Shown: one piece after another, positions 1 to 13,743 of the stretch
Layout: each line of letters begins with the position of its first letter
How positions within the stretch are numbered: the stretch's first letter is position 1
The notes under the pieces: model-generated
What the model was told of the DNA's origin: nothing
The model's database searches: none
The model's input: only the letters and a program-made list of their open reading frames with translations
Made by a program: the position numbers and the translations under genes
NCBI GenBank assembly: GCA_047967505.1
Contig: CM106538.1
Length of the DNA: 64,000 nucleotides
Reading direction: 5' to 3' (one strand)
From: Dipteris shenzhenensis
Lineage: Eukaryota

Positions 1-302
1 CGGTCAGACATCCGACCAGAATACTTTTCTGGCCTATAATTGGAAATATTAGGCACCTTAGCCCTCCATTGGAGATTTACCTTTCTCCTCACGGGATGGC
101 CTAGCAGTCTATGCACCATTTTCCTGAGCTCAGATTGCCCTACATTTGCTTGTAACTGTTGCGCTAAAATCTGTTGCAAGGCATCCTCTAACGTTGCAAT
201 TCTGCCAGATAGTGTATGACCTACTGGACGCGACACCTGCGGAGTCGGCCGAACTCCCAACTCTACGGTATCCATCCTAGAAGCTTCTTCTTCTACTTCC
301 AT
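1..302 (-). CDS. Ty3/gypsy-like gag N-terminus (runs off the window start)
   Basis: My translation from ATG 302 is open to position 1: MEVEEEASRM...LEDALQQILAQQLQ...NYRPEKYSGRMSD. The coiled coil plus PEKYSG motif is typical of gypsy gag; same strand as the PBS/LTR at 13744-14216. Confidence 0.6.
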   Translation of the reverse strand, partial: MEVEEEASRMDTVELGVRPTPQVSRPVGHTLSGRIATLEDALQQILAQQLQANVGQSELRKMVHRLLGHPVRRKVNLQWRAKVPNISNYRPEKYSGRMSD

Positions 303-1190
303 TTAGGTCAATGGGTGTTTTTTTTTTAAAAAAAAAACAATAAAACACCGCTTGAGACTGTAATTACAATTCGAAAGTCCAACTTCCAAATTTACAGCTA
401 ACCAAGCATATATCACACTGTAACCATATATTGTTTATGTCTTGCGAGCCCCCTCCCGCAGCCTCTACCCCCCTAGCTCACCCCCGCCTCGGCCGCCCTC
501 ACCCCCTCGCCTCTCCGCCCTCACCCCCTTGCCCCTCCGCCTCACCCCGCCCCCTCGCTTCGCCCTCACCCGCTCGCCCCTTCGCCTCACCCCGCCCCCT
601 CGCTACGCCTCACTCCCCCTCGCCATCCCGTCTCACCCTGCCCCCTCGCTTCGCCCTCCCCTACCCCCTCGCTTCGCCCGCCCCCCGTCCCCTCGCTTCG
701 CTCTCCCCCGCTCCCTCGCTTCACCCCGCCTCCTCGCTACGCCTGCCCCCCGCCCCTCCCGCCCTTCAGCCCCGCCCTCGCCCCTCCTGCCCTTCTGCAC
801 CGCCCCCTCCCGCCCTTCCGCCCCGCCCCGCCCCACCCCTGCCGCCCCCGCCCTCGCCTCTTCACCCCCCCTGCCCTCCATCCTTAGCCCCCACCCTCGC
901 TCTCCACCCCCGCCCCCTCCGCCTCCCGGCCTCCCGCCCTCGTTTCCACCGCCATCCCTCCCCCTCACCTTCGACCCCGGCCTCCACTCCCGCCCCGCCC
1001 TCCGCCCTCCAACCTTCCCGCCCTCCACCTCCGCCCTCGCCTGCGCCTCCGTTTCCCCCACCCGACTCGCATCGCCCCGTTTCGCCTCACCCGTCTTCAT
1101 CACACCCAGGCTCCACCCCCCTCATCTATCCCCTCCTTTTTTGGGTGGCAGCCTCTTCTTCATCGGAGGTTTCGCAGTTTGTCTTGGCGG

Positions 1191-3230
1191 TATGGCGGCT
1201 CCCTGCCCGGAACCGGAGGCCCAGTCGGACTCTCCCTCTCCAGATGCCTACCGCGTTATCTTGACAGAGCAACAATCGTCTCAGGTACAGGAGGTTGCCA
1301 ATGACTTTGCCCTTACCTCTGTCTATGGCAGAGTCATTGGACATTCCCCCTCCAGATCAGCCATCAGGGACTGGCTCCAGTCCACTCTCATGCTAGAGGA
1401 CAGCCACATTGAGGAGGTGGCCCTCATGGGAAGGGGCATCTTCTGGCTCAAACTCTCCACTGCGAAAGCTGCGAGCAACCTGATTGCTGGATCCCCCACA
1501 TCTGTGGATGGAAAGATCATTATGATAGTTCCTTGGTACCGTGGATTCAGTGCAACGGATTTTGATGCTCGGTTCCGCATACCTTGCCACCCAGTGATGC
1601 TAGTTTTTCCAGGCCTTGCTGTTGAGCTGCGGCCGATTGTCAGGGACCTGGGCTCCCACTTTGGCTGGGTTATGCATGACACTTTCGCCGACGCGGTTAC
1701 TACGGCAGGAGCCCCCCGAGTCCGTGTGGCTGTGGCGGACCCTGTGACTCTCCCTGCAGTGATTGAGATCGTGACAGATGCCGGCATCATTACCCAGAGC
1801 ATGGTAGTCATAGGACAGCCAGGCCAGTGCCTGAGGTGTCACGGCTTTGGGCACCTGGCTGCTATTTGTCCACGATTCTCCAGTTCCTCTCGGCCCCCCC
1901 GGCCCCCTCCCTCTCCACCCCCTCCCCCCCCCTCCGAGCAGCCACGTCAGGAGGAGCAGAGGCAGCCGGAGTCCGGTCCAGAGATAGCTGGCAGTTGGAC
2001 TGAGGTCAGAAGGAAAAGAGGAAAGAATAAGAAGAATTCCGAAAAAGGCAAGGAGGCAGAGGTTACCCAACCTACAGCAGCGCCTCAAAGACCTGACAGG
2101 CAGTCGCCCTAGGGTCCTGGGAGAGCTTCTTCGACGGTAGCCTGCCCTCCACAGCCTCAGGTCCCCCTCTCTTCCGCTCCCCAGCCCCCTTCCACTCAGT
2201 CCCAGCCCCTTTCCCAGTCGCACCCCCCTCTTCCGGACCCGCAGCTTCAGCCCCCGCCTCTTCCTCTTCAGTCTCCTCCTCTTCCTTCTCAGCCTCAGTC
2301 CCAGGTGCAGCCCCATCCCCCTCCCCCCGCCTCTCTCAGCTCTCCTGCAGTGTCAGCTGTACCGTTGGTTCCTCAGCCGCGGGCAGCCCCCACTCTCCCT
2401 CCTCCACCCCCCCGCTAGTCGCCTCCGTGGAGTCTGAGTTGCCTACCCCCCCGCCACCTCCCCCTCCCCCTCCACAGGCAGGACACCCTGAATCTACACC
2501 ACCAATGGAGCAGTCTTCCCTGTCCGCTAGCCCCTCAGTTGCAGACTCTGGTGGGCCTCAGCTTCAGGAGAGAGAGCTTCCTCGCGACTTCTACAGATCT
2601 GGCCCCTGGGACTACTTGGATGTGGTCGACCTTGGGACCTTCCCTGCTTGTCTCGACATTAGTATCTTCCTGCTCCGCAAAGGGGCGGATGGGAAGATCG
2701 CAGCCTTGGCCCCGAGGGATGGCCCTAGCTTTGCTTTCACATTCCTCAGCGACGACACCGAGACTTGGACAGACGACTCGGTCTGGGAGGCTCTCAGAGA
2801 GCAAACGCACGCTCAGGTTTGCTCCTGGATAGGCCCGTCCGGTGGACAGCTTCTCGAGACTCAGTGGTCCGAGGGTGACGTGCGCCTGCGGTGGCGTTGC
2901 GCCGCCAAACGATTCAGATTGATTGTGATCCTCAGGCCCCCTCTGTCGTGGCCCCTCCCCCAGGATGTCAGAGCCTGGACCCCTCAGAAACTCCGAGCCT
3001 TCTACGAGATGACTACTTCAGAGATCTCGAGTTGGCTTGAGAAAGCGTTTGTTCATGGCACCAAAGGCCTCACGCCTTTGCTAAAGGTGTTGAAGAACGG
3101 GCAGGACGACCCCGCCTCCCCCTCCAAACCCTCTCATAAGCGTCAGCGCCTCCACTCCGAAATGTCAGCTTCTTCATCGACATCTACCACGAGCAGACAG
3201 TTGTTCGCAGCCTACCAGTCCTCACCATGA
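1191..3230 (+). pseudogene. LINE-A ORF1 (DUF4283-like, CCHC knuckle, Pro-rich linker, extra C-terminal domain)
   Basis: ORFs 442-2112 and 2427-3230, separated by a stop at 2110-2112 and a frameshift near 2410; the final TGA overlaps the ORF2 ATG (ATGA 3227-3230). Confidence 0.75.
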
Positions 3231-6200
3231 GCCTATACCTTGTCTCCTGGAATGTGAACGGGTTTCATTCTTCTGGCACCCGTGGTCCTAGGAAGCTCAT
3301 CTTGAGACAGGAACTTCAGCCAGCAGTGATTGGTCGCTTGGATATACTTCTGCTCCACGAGCACAAGCTTTCTGTGGCTCATTCCTGTAGCTGCGGGAAG
3401 ATTCTCCCTGGAAGCTCTCACACTTATTGGGAGCCCTCGATCGGCGCACAGGGGAGGAGTGGCGGTGTCTGTACTTCCGTGTGCGAGCAGTTAGCCCAGG
3501 GAGTTTTTGGTCATGGTACGTTGATCCCAGGCCGTGCCCTTTGGGTAGGCCTAGAGTTGGAGGGTTCCAGAATGGGAATCCTCAACATCTATGCTCCCAC
3601 AGACCTCCAATGCAGAGCCACCTTCTGGAGGACACTCACAGGGATTCTCCCAGACATGGATTCTTGGATTGTTGGAGGTGACTTCAACAATCTGGAGACC
3701 TTGGAGGACCAGCAGGGCAGAGGACCAGAGTTTACAGGTATGGCTCAGGCAGAGCAGTCCGCTTGGGACTCCTTTATCTTCGCGATAGGAGGTAGGGACA
3801 GCTGGAGAGACCCGTCCTTCCGTCGTTGGCACGGGAGCTTGGACTTCTCGTGGGGCTTCCGCAGGGAAGGAGGCAGACTCCTGGAGAGACTGGATAGATT
3901 TTATGTCAGTGATTGGGCCATCAGCAGAGGTGGTCAGGCCGGTATAGTACCAGGGACGACACTTTCCGACCACGCGCCTGTGCTCTTATCATTAGACTCG
4001 GCAGTTCAGTCCCTTCCTCCCCGTTCGTGCCGGATTCCCGACTCCATCTTCTTGAGGGAGGACGTGCGCCGCAGTATTGGTAGCCTATGGGACAGAGATT
4101 GGGGCGAGTGCGTGGATCTTGTTGATTCGGTGGCGCAGGCTTTGCAGGAGTCCAGCCATTTGCCAGCTCAGGCCCTTCAGGTTCGACAGGAGTGGTGGGG
4201 CAGAGAGAGAGCTCTTTGTAGGGACCTCGCCTCCATTCAGTGACTCCAGCAGGCAGCCCCGGGCTCGAAGGAGCTTCGGATCCAGGCCCTTCGAGCCAGA
4301 GCCCTTCTTGAGGAGACTCTCCAGCACCGTTCAGAGTTTTCCTATCACGCCTCTCTCTCATTCTGGGCTCGGAAGGGCGACCGGATGTGCAGGGAGTTCT
4401 TCAGGACGCATGGACAGAGAGCAGCAGGTGATCAGCTACGGAGTCTTAGGACAGCGGAGGGGCACATCGTTACTGATCCGGGTGAGGTCTTGGGGTTGGC
4501 TACCGACTTCTACAAGACTCTTTTCCAGCAGGAGCAGCTTGCCCCTCGCACTCGACGCTCCCGCAAGGTGTGGAGGCACATTCCAGCCCTGGTTCAGCCC
4601 AGCATGCAGGCGACGTTGTTGGCACCGTTCACTACTGACGAGATGTTGGAGGCCTTGATGGCCATCGATGGGCAGAAATGCCCTGGCGAGGATGGGCTAT
4701 CTCGCGCTTTCTTCACCTCCTTCTGGGATCAGATCCATCAACCCCTCCTAGCAGCCCTCCAGAGGATTTTCAGCAGCGGATATATGCCAGAGAGCCTCTC
4801 CTCGGGACTGATTTGCCTCATCCCGAAGGGAGGAGATCGACAGGAGATCCGTCAGTGGCGCCCGATCACTCTCCTCACCACTGCCTACAAAATCCTTGCC
4901 AAGATGATCAGCGCCAGAGTTCGGCCTCTACTTCCTGACCTCATTCATGACACTCAGACAGGCTTTGTCCAGGATCGCAGTATCCTGGATAATGTCTTCA
5001 CCTTCTCAGAGGCGGCGGAGTGGGCTCAGCACAGTGGGTCACATTTAGCCATCCTACTTCTCGACTTTGAGAAGGCCTACGATCGAGTGGACTGGTCCTT
5101 CCTGGCGGGTACTCTGGAGCGACTAGGTTTCCCAGCAGGATGGATTCAGGGTATTTCAGCGTTATACAGGACAGCTTCTAGCAGGGTCATCATCGGCGGC
5201 CGGATGGGAGAGCGATTTCGTTTGGAGAGATCAGTGCGTCAGGGTTGCCCCCTTGCTCCTTACCTGTTTCTCTTCTTCGCCGAGGCTATGACACACTACC
5301 TTCGGGCGAGGTCGACCGGGATCCGGGGTGTTCGCCTTCCCATCAGGGAGGACACGGAGCTCCTGGATTCGGAGTATGCAGATGACACAGCACTGTATGT
5401 CCAGGATGATGAGATGATGCTGGAGAGGGTGAGGATGGCCCTAGAGGTCTTCTGTTCGACAGCCGGTGCGAAAATCAACTGGAACAAATCAGTTGGTTTT
5501 CTCACAAACCCCGGGGCGTGCTCACAGTGGGGGAGGTTTTTGGGTTTCAGGTGGATCCCGCAGGGACAGACAGCTAGATATCTCGGCTTTCAGGTCAGCC
5601 TGGATATCACGCCAGCTCAGCAGTTTCTCCCGGTGCTAGATTCCATTCGACGAAAGCTGGCTTTCTGGAGCACTGCTAAGCTCTCTCTTGCAGGTCGTGC
5701 TCTTGTAGTCAACCAGGTCCTCCTAGCCACGGCATGGTATGTGGCTTCCTGTTGGTGTTTCTCGAGATCCAGCGTGGCACAGCTTAGGAGGTTGGTCAGG
5801 AACTTCCTGTGGTCCGGGGGGGACGGTCTCAGAGATACCAGAGCCAGGGTTGCCTGGCAGACAGTCATTCTTCCGCAGGCTGAGGGTGGCTTGGGGGTCA
5901 TCGATCCAGAGCTTCAGAGTCAGGCCCTGCTGGGCAAGTTAGTTATCCGCGGTTTGACCCCGGGGGGGGCAAACGTGGAAGATGTTACTTCAGCAGGGGG
6001 TCGGTTCTTGTGTCCCACGCCGAGGTGGAGAGTGGCTACCGTCCCTCAGGTGGATCTTCACTTCTGCCCCGCTCACTCAGCCCCGCTCCCCACTCGTTCG
6101 TAGCCTCCTCATGGTTTGGAGGCGGCTCCGCCTCAGTCTCATACAGTCCCCTCCTAGCTGTCAGGAGGAGATCGATCGCCAGCCGCTCATCTGGAACGGT

Positions 6201-7601
6201 CAGGTCAGAGATGCCGAGGGCCTTCAGCTGGGGGAGAGATCACACATCAGGTGGGACGGCTGGATGTGGGGGCCAGCCCGGTCCCTTCGAGTTTGGAGGG
6301 ATACGTACAGACACTTGGAGACCGCTGCTCTAGTAGTCGCAGCTGGAGGTGCCTGTGGAGCTCAGGCGAGATGCACGGAGATAGACGGAGCGATTCCAGC
6401 TGATTGGCTGGTTCCACCCGAGGTTCAGATCCTCATGCCTGGTGATGACCGTTGGCTGGGACAGTTCACCCCCCGTGGCATCCCACTGGTGGTCGCAGGT
6501 CGGATGGACGACACCTCTGTTTCCTTTTTCACGGTTATGGGGGACGGCCGACTCAGGAGAGAGGATGTGCTCATCGACCCCCTACTCCCATGGCAGAGGG
6601 TTCGGGTCGTAGGCCTCGTGGGGAAGGTTTGGCGGACCGATCCCAGTATAGAGCAGGATCAGCTGCAGTTATGGCGACTCTGGCTCTGGGAGGGGCGGGC
6701 CTTGTCAGAGCTTGATTGGGACCCAGGAGAGTGGAGATGGCTAGAGATTGTGACAGGTCAGGGGCCGACCTCTTTCTTCGCCTACAGCATGACATTGGGC
6801 AGGAGAGTTCTCGGGAGGATGCAGAGCCGCCCTTCCACCCAGCGGCCCAGTTGGTATGCTCAGGGTATCTCCACGCTATTTTTGCAGGCCTTCTGGAAGG
6901 CCTTGTGGGAGAGCTGGCGGCCGCGGAAGATCTCCTACTTCCTTTGGCTTCTCGCCCACAAAGGTCTTCTAGTGGGGAGCTGGTTGCGGCAGATAGGTCA
7001 GGATGGACGTTGTCAGATCTGTCATGAGGACGAGGAGTCACCAAAACACTGCCTGTGGAGTTGCACTCGCGCCCAAGAAGTGTGGAGGTGGACCTTCGGG
7101 ATCCTTACTCGCGCAGCACCGGAGTTAGGTTTGATCACTTGGGGCGCGTTCTGCTGGTGCAGCACCGCACCTGGTTTTCATCACTTGTTCGAGGCATATC
7201 CGCAGGACCCCACGTTCCTTATCACACAGGGGACGTGGGGGCCGCTCGAGAGCATTCTGCCGCACCTGGCAGAGGCTGGCACAGGATCTCAGGAGAGGCA
7301 GCCAGTCTGGGAGATTATTAGCAGCATCGCAGGATGGCACATTTGGACCTCGCGCTGCGCGCAGATCCTCGGTGGCATCTCCCTTTCGACTACCCAGGTC
7401 ATGACTGACATCTGGAGTGAGATTATACACACCCTCAGAGGCCAGTGGGACCAGATACAGGGAGACTCCCGGGCTGGCCGGGAGAAGCGGAGACGTTTCC
7501 TCCGTGATTGGGACACACAGGGCCTCTTCTTCGAGCATCTTCGCAGGGCCTTCAGTGGCGCTACTCACCACCTCTCTGGCTGTTCATTCACACTCGCCTG
7601 A
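3227..7601 (+). pseudogene. LINE-A ORF2 (APE endonuclease, RT, zf-RVT)
   Basis: Split into ORFs 3227-4243, 4385-6103 and 5982-7601 with canonical motifs; no RNase H recognised. Confidence 0.92.
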
Positions 7602-8305
7602 TCCCTCCCTGAGAGAGAGCTTTACTTTTTTGTTACCTTTTTGGGCTGCGTCCGATTTGTGAACGCAGCCCCGTCAGTTGCAAAGCTGACCTCATGTATC
7701 TTGTTTTCGAAGTAATATAATTAGCACTGTTTTTTCGGCCAAAAAATAATAATAATAATAAATATATATATATATATATATCACACTGTAACCAAAACCA
7801 CTTTTCCATGTACTAGGGAAAACTCCTGCAATCCCAATTGACTCAAACACGAAGGCAAATAAACAAGCATATGCTCCAACAAAGCTTAGAAGGCATAGAG
7901 AGCTCCCTGGTTATAATTCTTGCTGCATGAAGAGATCAACTAGTCCCTATAGTCCACTCAAAATCTGCATTTTGAACTCGTTGCACGTTCCGCTCGCATC
8001 GTGGTAAGCGATCCTTGGGCCACATTAGTACCATAGCGTGTGCTTTACGAAGTCAGCAGGCAAGCTTACCAACGTTTGGTCTTCTATCCATCTCTTCTCC
8101 GTTTCGTTATACGCTTTGAAACTAATAACGAAACCATTAAACCAATACTTGGTTCGATCGCGTCAAGATCGGTGCGTAGGCTACCATATCATGATCCCGT
8201 GGATCCGGTAGTTCTTCCCAAACATATCTGCGAACATCGTATGCTACAACTCCGCGCAACTTAAATCTTTCCTTCTGCTGCCACTGCACTAAAAACCACC
8301 CAAAA

Positions 8306-11300
8306 TTTTTTTTTTTTTCCCATGAAAAAGGCTTCTATTAAGTAAGAACAAAAACCCGCGAGAGCAAGCTCAAAGCGGAATACATCATGAAATCATGAGG
8401 ATAATAAAAAACCCCTCAAAGTGAGGTGGAAAGAAACCAAGGCTGAGGCTGAAAGTGCCATCTCAACCCTGTAGTAGATTCAGAGAAGAAAGGAGAATCC
8501 TTCCATTCCCTGAAGAAAGAAGCCCTCCTAGCTGAGGCTGCACGGGAGTCCCCCTGCATACCCGTCCATACGGCCATCAGAGTGTGTACGATGTCTGTCC
8601 AGATACTAGCCAATGTGTGCGAGGGATGAACCTGAGTACCCTCCATAGCCTCTGTGCATCTGGCTCTCCAGATATGCCAGGCTGCTATGCTCGCTATAAT
8701 CTCCCAAAAAGTATCCACAGACGCATGTACAGCTGTAAGAGGACGGTGTGGAACCACATCCAACGAGCAGAACTCAACCCGATGACGTCGAACCGAAATG
8801 GCCCGAGAGGAGTCAAGTCCCTCATGGAAAACCTGAGGTCCTGTAAGAGAAAGCCAAGCCACCGAGCCCCAAGTCATAAAAAGTGGGGAATGGGCAAAGT
8901 GACTGAAGATCCTAGCTATCCCCATCCAAATCAATCTCGCCTGTCTGCAATCCCATAAGCAATGCTGAATAGACTCCGAAGCAAAAAGGCAACGAGGGCA
9001 AGTAGGGTCGGCTCCGAATCTGGACCTCCAAAGGTTCACTGCAATCCCTCCATGAATAGAAAGCCAAAAGAAGATAGTGATCTTTCTATTCCTGTGGGAT
9101 TTCCAGAGCCTCCTCTAGAAGTACCTCTGCTGATCCGCAGTAATACCAAAAGTCTCCCAATGAGGAACTCTGGAGGGTCTCCAGCCTCTACTACTGAGCT
9201 GAAATCTCCTGGCATTACTGACCGTGTAACGAAAGAAGGGGATGGTCTTCTCTCGATGCCCCGCGTCAATCCACTCCCACTCTCCGGGGTCCCACTGTAA
9301 ATACCTGATGGGAACTCCTCCATAGAGCCAGAGTCTCCAAGACCCGGTGGAGAGTAACTGGGGGTCAGGGTCTAAGAACCACTCTGAATCTGATCCCTGC
9401 ATCAAGAGGCCTACGACCCTGATAGGCTGAAAAGCAGACTCAAGCAAGATATCATCTGTAGATCTGAGCAACCTGCCACCATCCTGGACACTGAAAACCA
9501 AAGCATCCTCCTGTGCATCTCGGAAGGCTAAGACCTGAAGTGGAACCCCGCCTCTCGAGAAAGTACCTGCCCAAGTGGAGGAAGTGAGAGGCATATCATC
9601 TGTGTCTATCCAAGCCTCTGGAAGGGCTGTTTCAATCTGCAAGATCCTCCCTGCACTCCCTCTGAGATGTCCTGTCAACCTTGACTTGGTTTCCTCTGGA
9701 AGCCTACGGAAAGCTTTCCAAGATCCCAAAGAAGAAGCAGGTCCCCTCTCCCACCTGGCCCACTGCATGTAGAGTGAGGCACCCAGTGGTCTGCCACGAT
9801 CATCTAAAATACTGTCATTCCACATGATGGGCTGCCTATCAATCTCTTCCCGAGAGGAAGAAGGAATCCTCCGAAGAGAGCTTCTGAAACTAGCCCAAGC
9901 TTTCAGAATGGCAACCATGAGAGGGGATGAAGGTGATCTGAGGTGTGCTGTGGTGAAGATCCATCTAACACTGCTCATCCAGTCTCCTCCTGAGGAAGGT
10001 GTGCACCTCTGTATGCTGCTGATAAGAAAGTCCTTCCACGGTTCCTGTCCTGGCATAAGTCCTCGCACCACTATCTTGCAAAGTAAAGCTCTGCACTGTA
10101 AATCTGGATCAATAATATTGAGACCCCCATCCTGTGTAGGGAGGATGAGGGTCTCCCAAGCCACTCTGGCTAAGGCATCTGCTGTGCCATCAAGCCCACT
10201 CCAGAGAAAGTTCCTGATCGGTCTTCTGAGCTGAATGATGCAGTCCCTAGAACGGCACCAACATGAACAAATAAACCAGGCAGTGGCCAGGAGGACCTGG
10301 TTGACCACCACAACTCTAGAGGCAAGATCCAGCTTGGCTGAGCTCCAAAAGAGAAGCTTCCTTCTGATGCTCTCCAACACGGGAGCAAACTGCTGCGTGG
10401 TAGAAATACCCAAGCCGACCTGGCAGCCCAAATACCTGATAGGCACACCCCTCTGAACCCAAGTGAACCCTATGTCAAGCCCCCAAACTGGAGTGTCCTC
10501 ATCACTGATCCAAAAGCCATTGGATTTATGCCAATTTATCTGCGCCCCTGCCGCCAAGCAAAATAAATCCAATGCTGTCCTGAAAGAAGTCAGTGTCTGT
10601 GGAGAGGCATCCAAATAAATTGCTGTGTCATCAGCCAACTCACTGTCAAGCAGCTCCTCTTCTCTTCTGATGGGAAGTCTCAGCCCAAAGATGTCAGCTT
10701 GAGATCTAACATAGATGCTCATAGCTTCGGCCACGAATAAAAAAAGGAAAGGAGCAAGGGGGCATCCCTAACGGACTGATCTCGAAATCTGAAATCTCTC
10801 ACCCCTTACCCCACCAATAAGTACCTGGCTATGGGCTGATCTGTACAAAGAGGAAACACCTCTGATCCAAACATCAGTGAATCCAAAGCGTAGAAGGGTG
10901 CCCTCCAAAAAACTCCAATCTACTCTGTCATAAGCTTTTTCAAAATCCAACAGTAGAATGGCAAGATTCTGGCCACTCTGCATGGCCCACTCTGAAGCTT
11001 CCCAGAAAGAAAAAATGTTATCAAAAATACTTCTGCCATGCACAAATCCCGTCTGAGTGTCATGAATAAGATCACGGAGAAGTGGCTGCAATCGGAGGCT
11101 GATAGCCTTGGCCAGAATCTTGTAACAAGTCCCCAGAAGTGTGATAGGCCTCCACTGGGACAATAAATTTCTGCTACCTCCTTTTGGGATAAGGTGGATG
11201 AGGCCCTCTGTAAGCGACTCAGGCATCTCGCTAGAGTCCCAAATGGCTTGCATGGCTGAAGTAATATAGTCTCCAATCATATCCCAAAATGCAATGAAAA

Positions 11301-13142
11301 AAGACGGGGTGAGGCCATCTAAACCTGGGCACTTGCCCTTGTGAAGGGCTGAAAGTGCAGTCCTGAACTCTGTGTTGGTGAAAGGTGCGTCAAGTAGAAC
11401 ATGCATATCCGGATTCACCAACACTGGGATACTCTGCCAAATAGCCTGTCTAGCATCCTCTATATCGTGTGTCTTAGGATCAACAGTAAGGAGGGTGGCA
11501 TAGAAATCTGAAGCTATGCGTAAGACGTCATCTGGCTCTGTCTGTAAAACCCCATGTGAGTCAATAAGCTGAGATACACTCTCTCTACTATGTCTAGGGC
11601 CAAGAGTAGAGAAAAAGTGTTTATTGACTCTACCACCCATCTGAATCCAGAAGGACTCCCGTGCATGAAAGGCATACTCTACTCTCTGATCAAGCAATAA
11701 CTACAGATGAGCCCTCGCTGCAGTTAGGCGCTCCTGAATCCAAGCATCTGAAGGCCGTTTCTGCTCTTCCCTCTGCAAAGCTGCTAACTGCTGGCGAACA
11801 CCAATCTCACGTTTGAGAATATCTCGTCTCCTGGTAGAAGCAACTGAGCAGTAAAAGTCGCTAATACCAGAGAGGGCAGCGGCTAAATGTGATGGATGTG
11901 GCTGCCCACCCTGGACATGAGCAAACCATATCCGTAGGGCTGCCTCCGTAAGGTCCTCCTCTATGTAAAAGGCCTCTGGAATCCTGATGCTGGCAGATCG
12001 GCCTCTCAAGTGAGGCTCTGAGATAGCCAGAACAACAGGGAAGTGGTCTGAAGTGGAAACCCCTGCAGCAATGCATACCGATCCACCTCTGTCTAGTGCC
12101 CAGTCATCTACATAAAATCTGTCAATGCGTGCATGAATAGGCATCTGTTGCCTCCTGTTCGACCAAGAGAACAGGAGGGACTGTGGCTGAATAAGAAAGG
12201 CATCATCACACCAAGTATCTCTGCCACAGAAATGGAAAAGGAAGGCATCCCAAGCCGCTCTCTCCAAAGAGTGAAGTCCACAATCGAGGAGTGAGGTCTG
12301 GGGGGAGAGCCGCAAGCATCCAGTCTCTGGCTTGGGATCTGGAAGGGTGAGACCCGAAGATGCATGCTAGCAATGTGGTAGAGCATTCAATCTCTACATC
12401 CTTCTTGAGCTGCTGCAGCTCGTCTTTAGAGAAAGTGAGAGTTTTCGCGGCCGGTGGAGATGGAGTAGGATTGGCTGACGGGGTATCCATCGCCAATCAA
12501 GGTGAGGAGGCCGACTCGAACAGAATAAAGGCTCCTTCCGTTCCAAAAAAGCTGCGGGGGGCAAGGGAGGGGAAAGGAGGCAAGGAGGAAGCAGGGGGGA
12601 AGGGGAGGGAAGGAGGAGAGGGGCTGGGGCTGAGAGGGGAGAGGGGCAAGCTGAGAGGGAGGGAGGGGGCGCTGGAGGGGAGGGCTAAGAGGGAAAGGAG
12701 AGGAGAAGAAGGAGAGGGGAAGGAGAGAAGGGAAGGGCAGGAGTGAGAGGAAGAGAGGGGGCGGGAGAGCACGCAGGGAGGGGGCGGGACAGCAGGGGGG
12801 AGGCGAGGGGCAAGCAAGGGAGGGGGCGGGACAGGGGGAAGGGGCGGAACAGCAGGGGGGAGGGGGCGGAGGCAGGGAGAGGGGGCGGAGCAGCAGGGGG
12901 GAGGGGGCGGAGGCAGGGGGGAGGGGGCGGAACAGCAGGGGGGAGGGGGCGGAAGCAGGGAGAGGGGGCGGAAGGGCAGGGGGAGGGAACGAGGGACAGG
13001 CAGGGGGAGGGGGCGGAGCAGCAGGGGGGGAGGGGGGGGAGAGGCAGGGAGGGGGCGAGGGACAGGCTGAGGGGAGAGAGAGACGGGCTGAGGGAGGGGG
13101 AGCAGCAGGGGAACGGGGAGGAGCAGCAGCTCCCGTGACACT
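8306..13142 (-). mobile_element. L1/Tx1-like LINE (LINE-B1), internally deleted: lacks most of ORF1 and the endonuclease N-half, keeps RT
   Basis: poly(T) at 8306-8318; zf-RVT 8416-9039; RT 9115-11697; endonuclease C-half 11701-12280 fused to the first ~70 codons of ORF1 (MDTPSANPTP...); G-rich tract 12555-13130 is the C-rich 5' UTR; imperfect TSD accacccaaaa/accaccacaaa. Confidence 0.92.
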
Positions 13143-13743
13143 ACCACCACAAATTTTGGCTCTCTCCTCCCACAATATTGCACAGCTAGTCCCTCGATGC
13201 GTCCCAGTCACGACCGCTCTGATGTTCAATGTCTCAACGCTCACGTTCACGACGGAGGCACAAGACCTGGGCTTAACTACTCTCCAAAATTGCTCCGCGA
13301 TAAACGTAATTAAAAGTAATACCAGTGTGGTCTTTGTCTGGTTAGCTGTTCACAGTAACGTGCGTAACTCTACTGGCTACCTCACCTTCAATTCGCCAAC
13401 AGCTTTACGTGAACTCGGCCTCTTAGATCTCGTAGATGTTATTTGAACACATACCCATGCGGGTGACGGGATATCTCAAGGCAACCTGTAAGCAATACAT
13501 GCACGTAGCAATACCAACACTCAGACGGTCGCCCCGCTCCCGGGATACTTTCATGACCTCAGCCCAGAGCCGAATCGCCTTCCTTACCAAATCCTGCGAC
13601 AGCTAATTCTGTGACCACACAGTAGCTCATCAACGCTACCCAGACTGACGAACTGCCAAATTACAATCTGTGTAGAATTTGGGCTCCGTATTGTCCGTCG
13701 TCAAACGCCCAGCCAGTCCCAGACCTCTCGCGATATAATCTGC

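Larger units (their letters stand above)
427..7775 (+). mobile_element. Full-length L1/Tx1-like LINE (LINE-A), decayed by several stops and frameshifts
   Basis: 19-bp TSD atatatcacactgtaacca at 408-426 and 7776-7794; C-rich 5' UTR; ORF1 with CLRCHGFGHLAAIC knuckle; ORF2 with endonuclease (SWNVNG, GGDFN, SDH), RT (QGCPLAP, YADD) and zf-RVT (CQIC...HCLWSC); A/(TAA)n/(TA)n tail. Confidence 0.95.

Noticed and set aside
431-1264. Pro-rich or Gly/Arg-rich ORFs here and at 12426-13250 and 52259-53131 that look like extensins or formins
   Set aside because: They arise from stop-free C-rich LINE 5' UTRs that are open in several frames and lie inside LINE boundaries.
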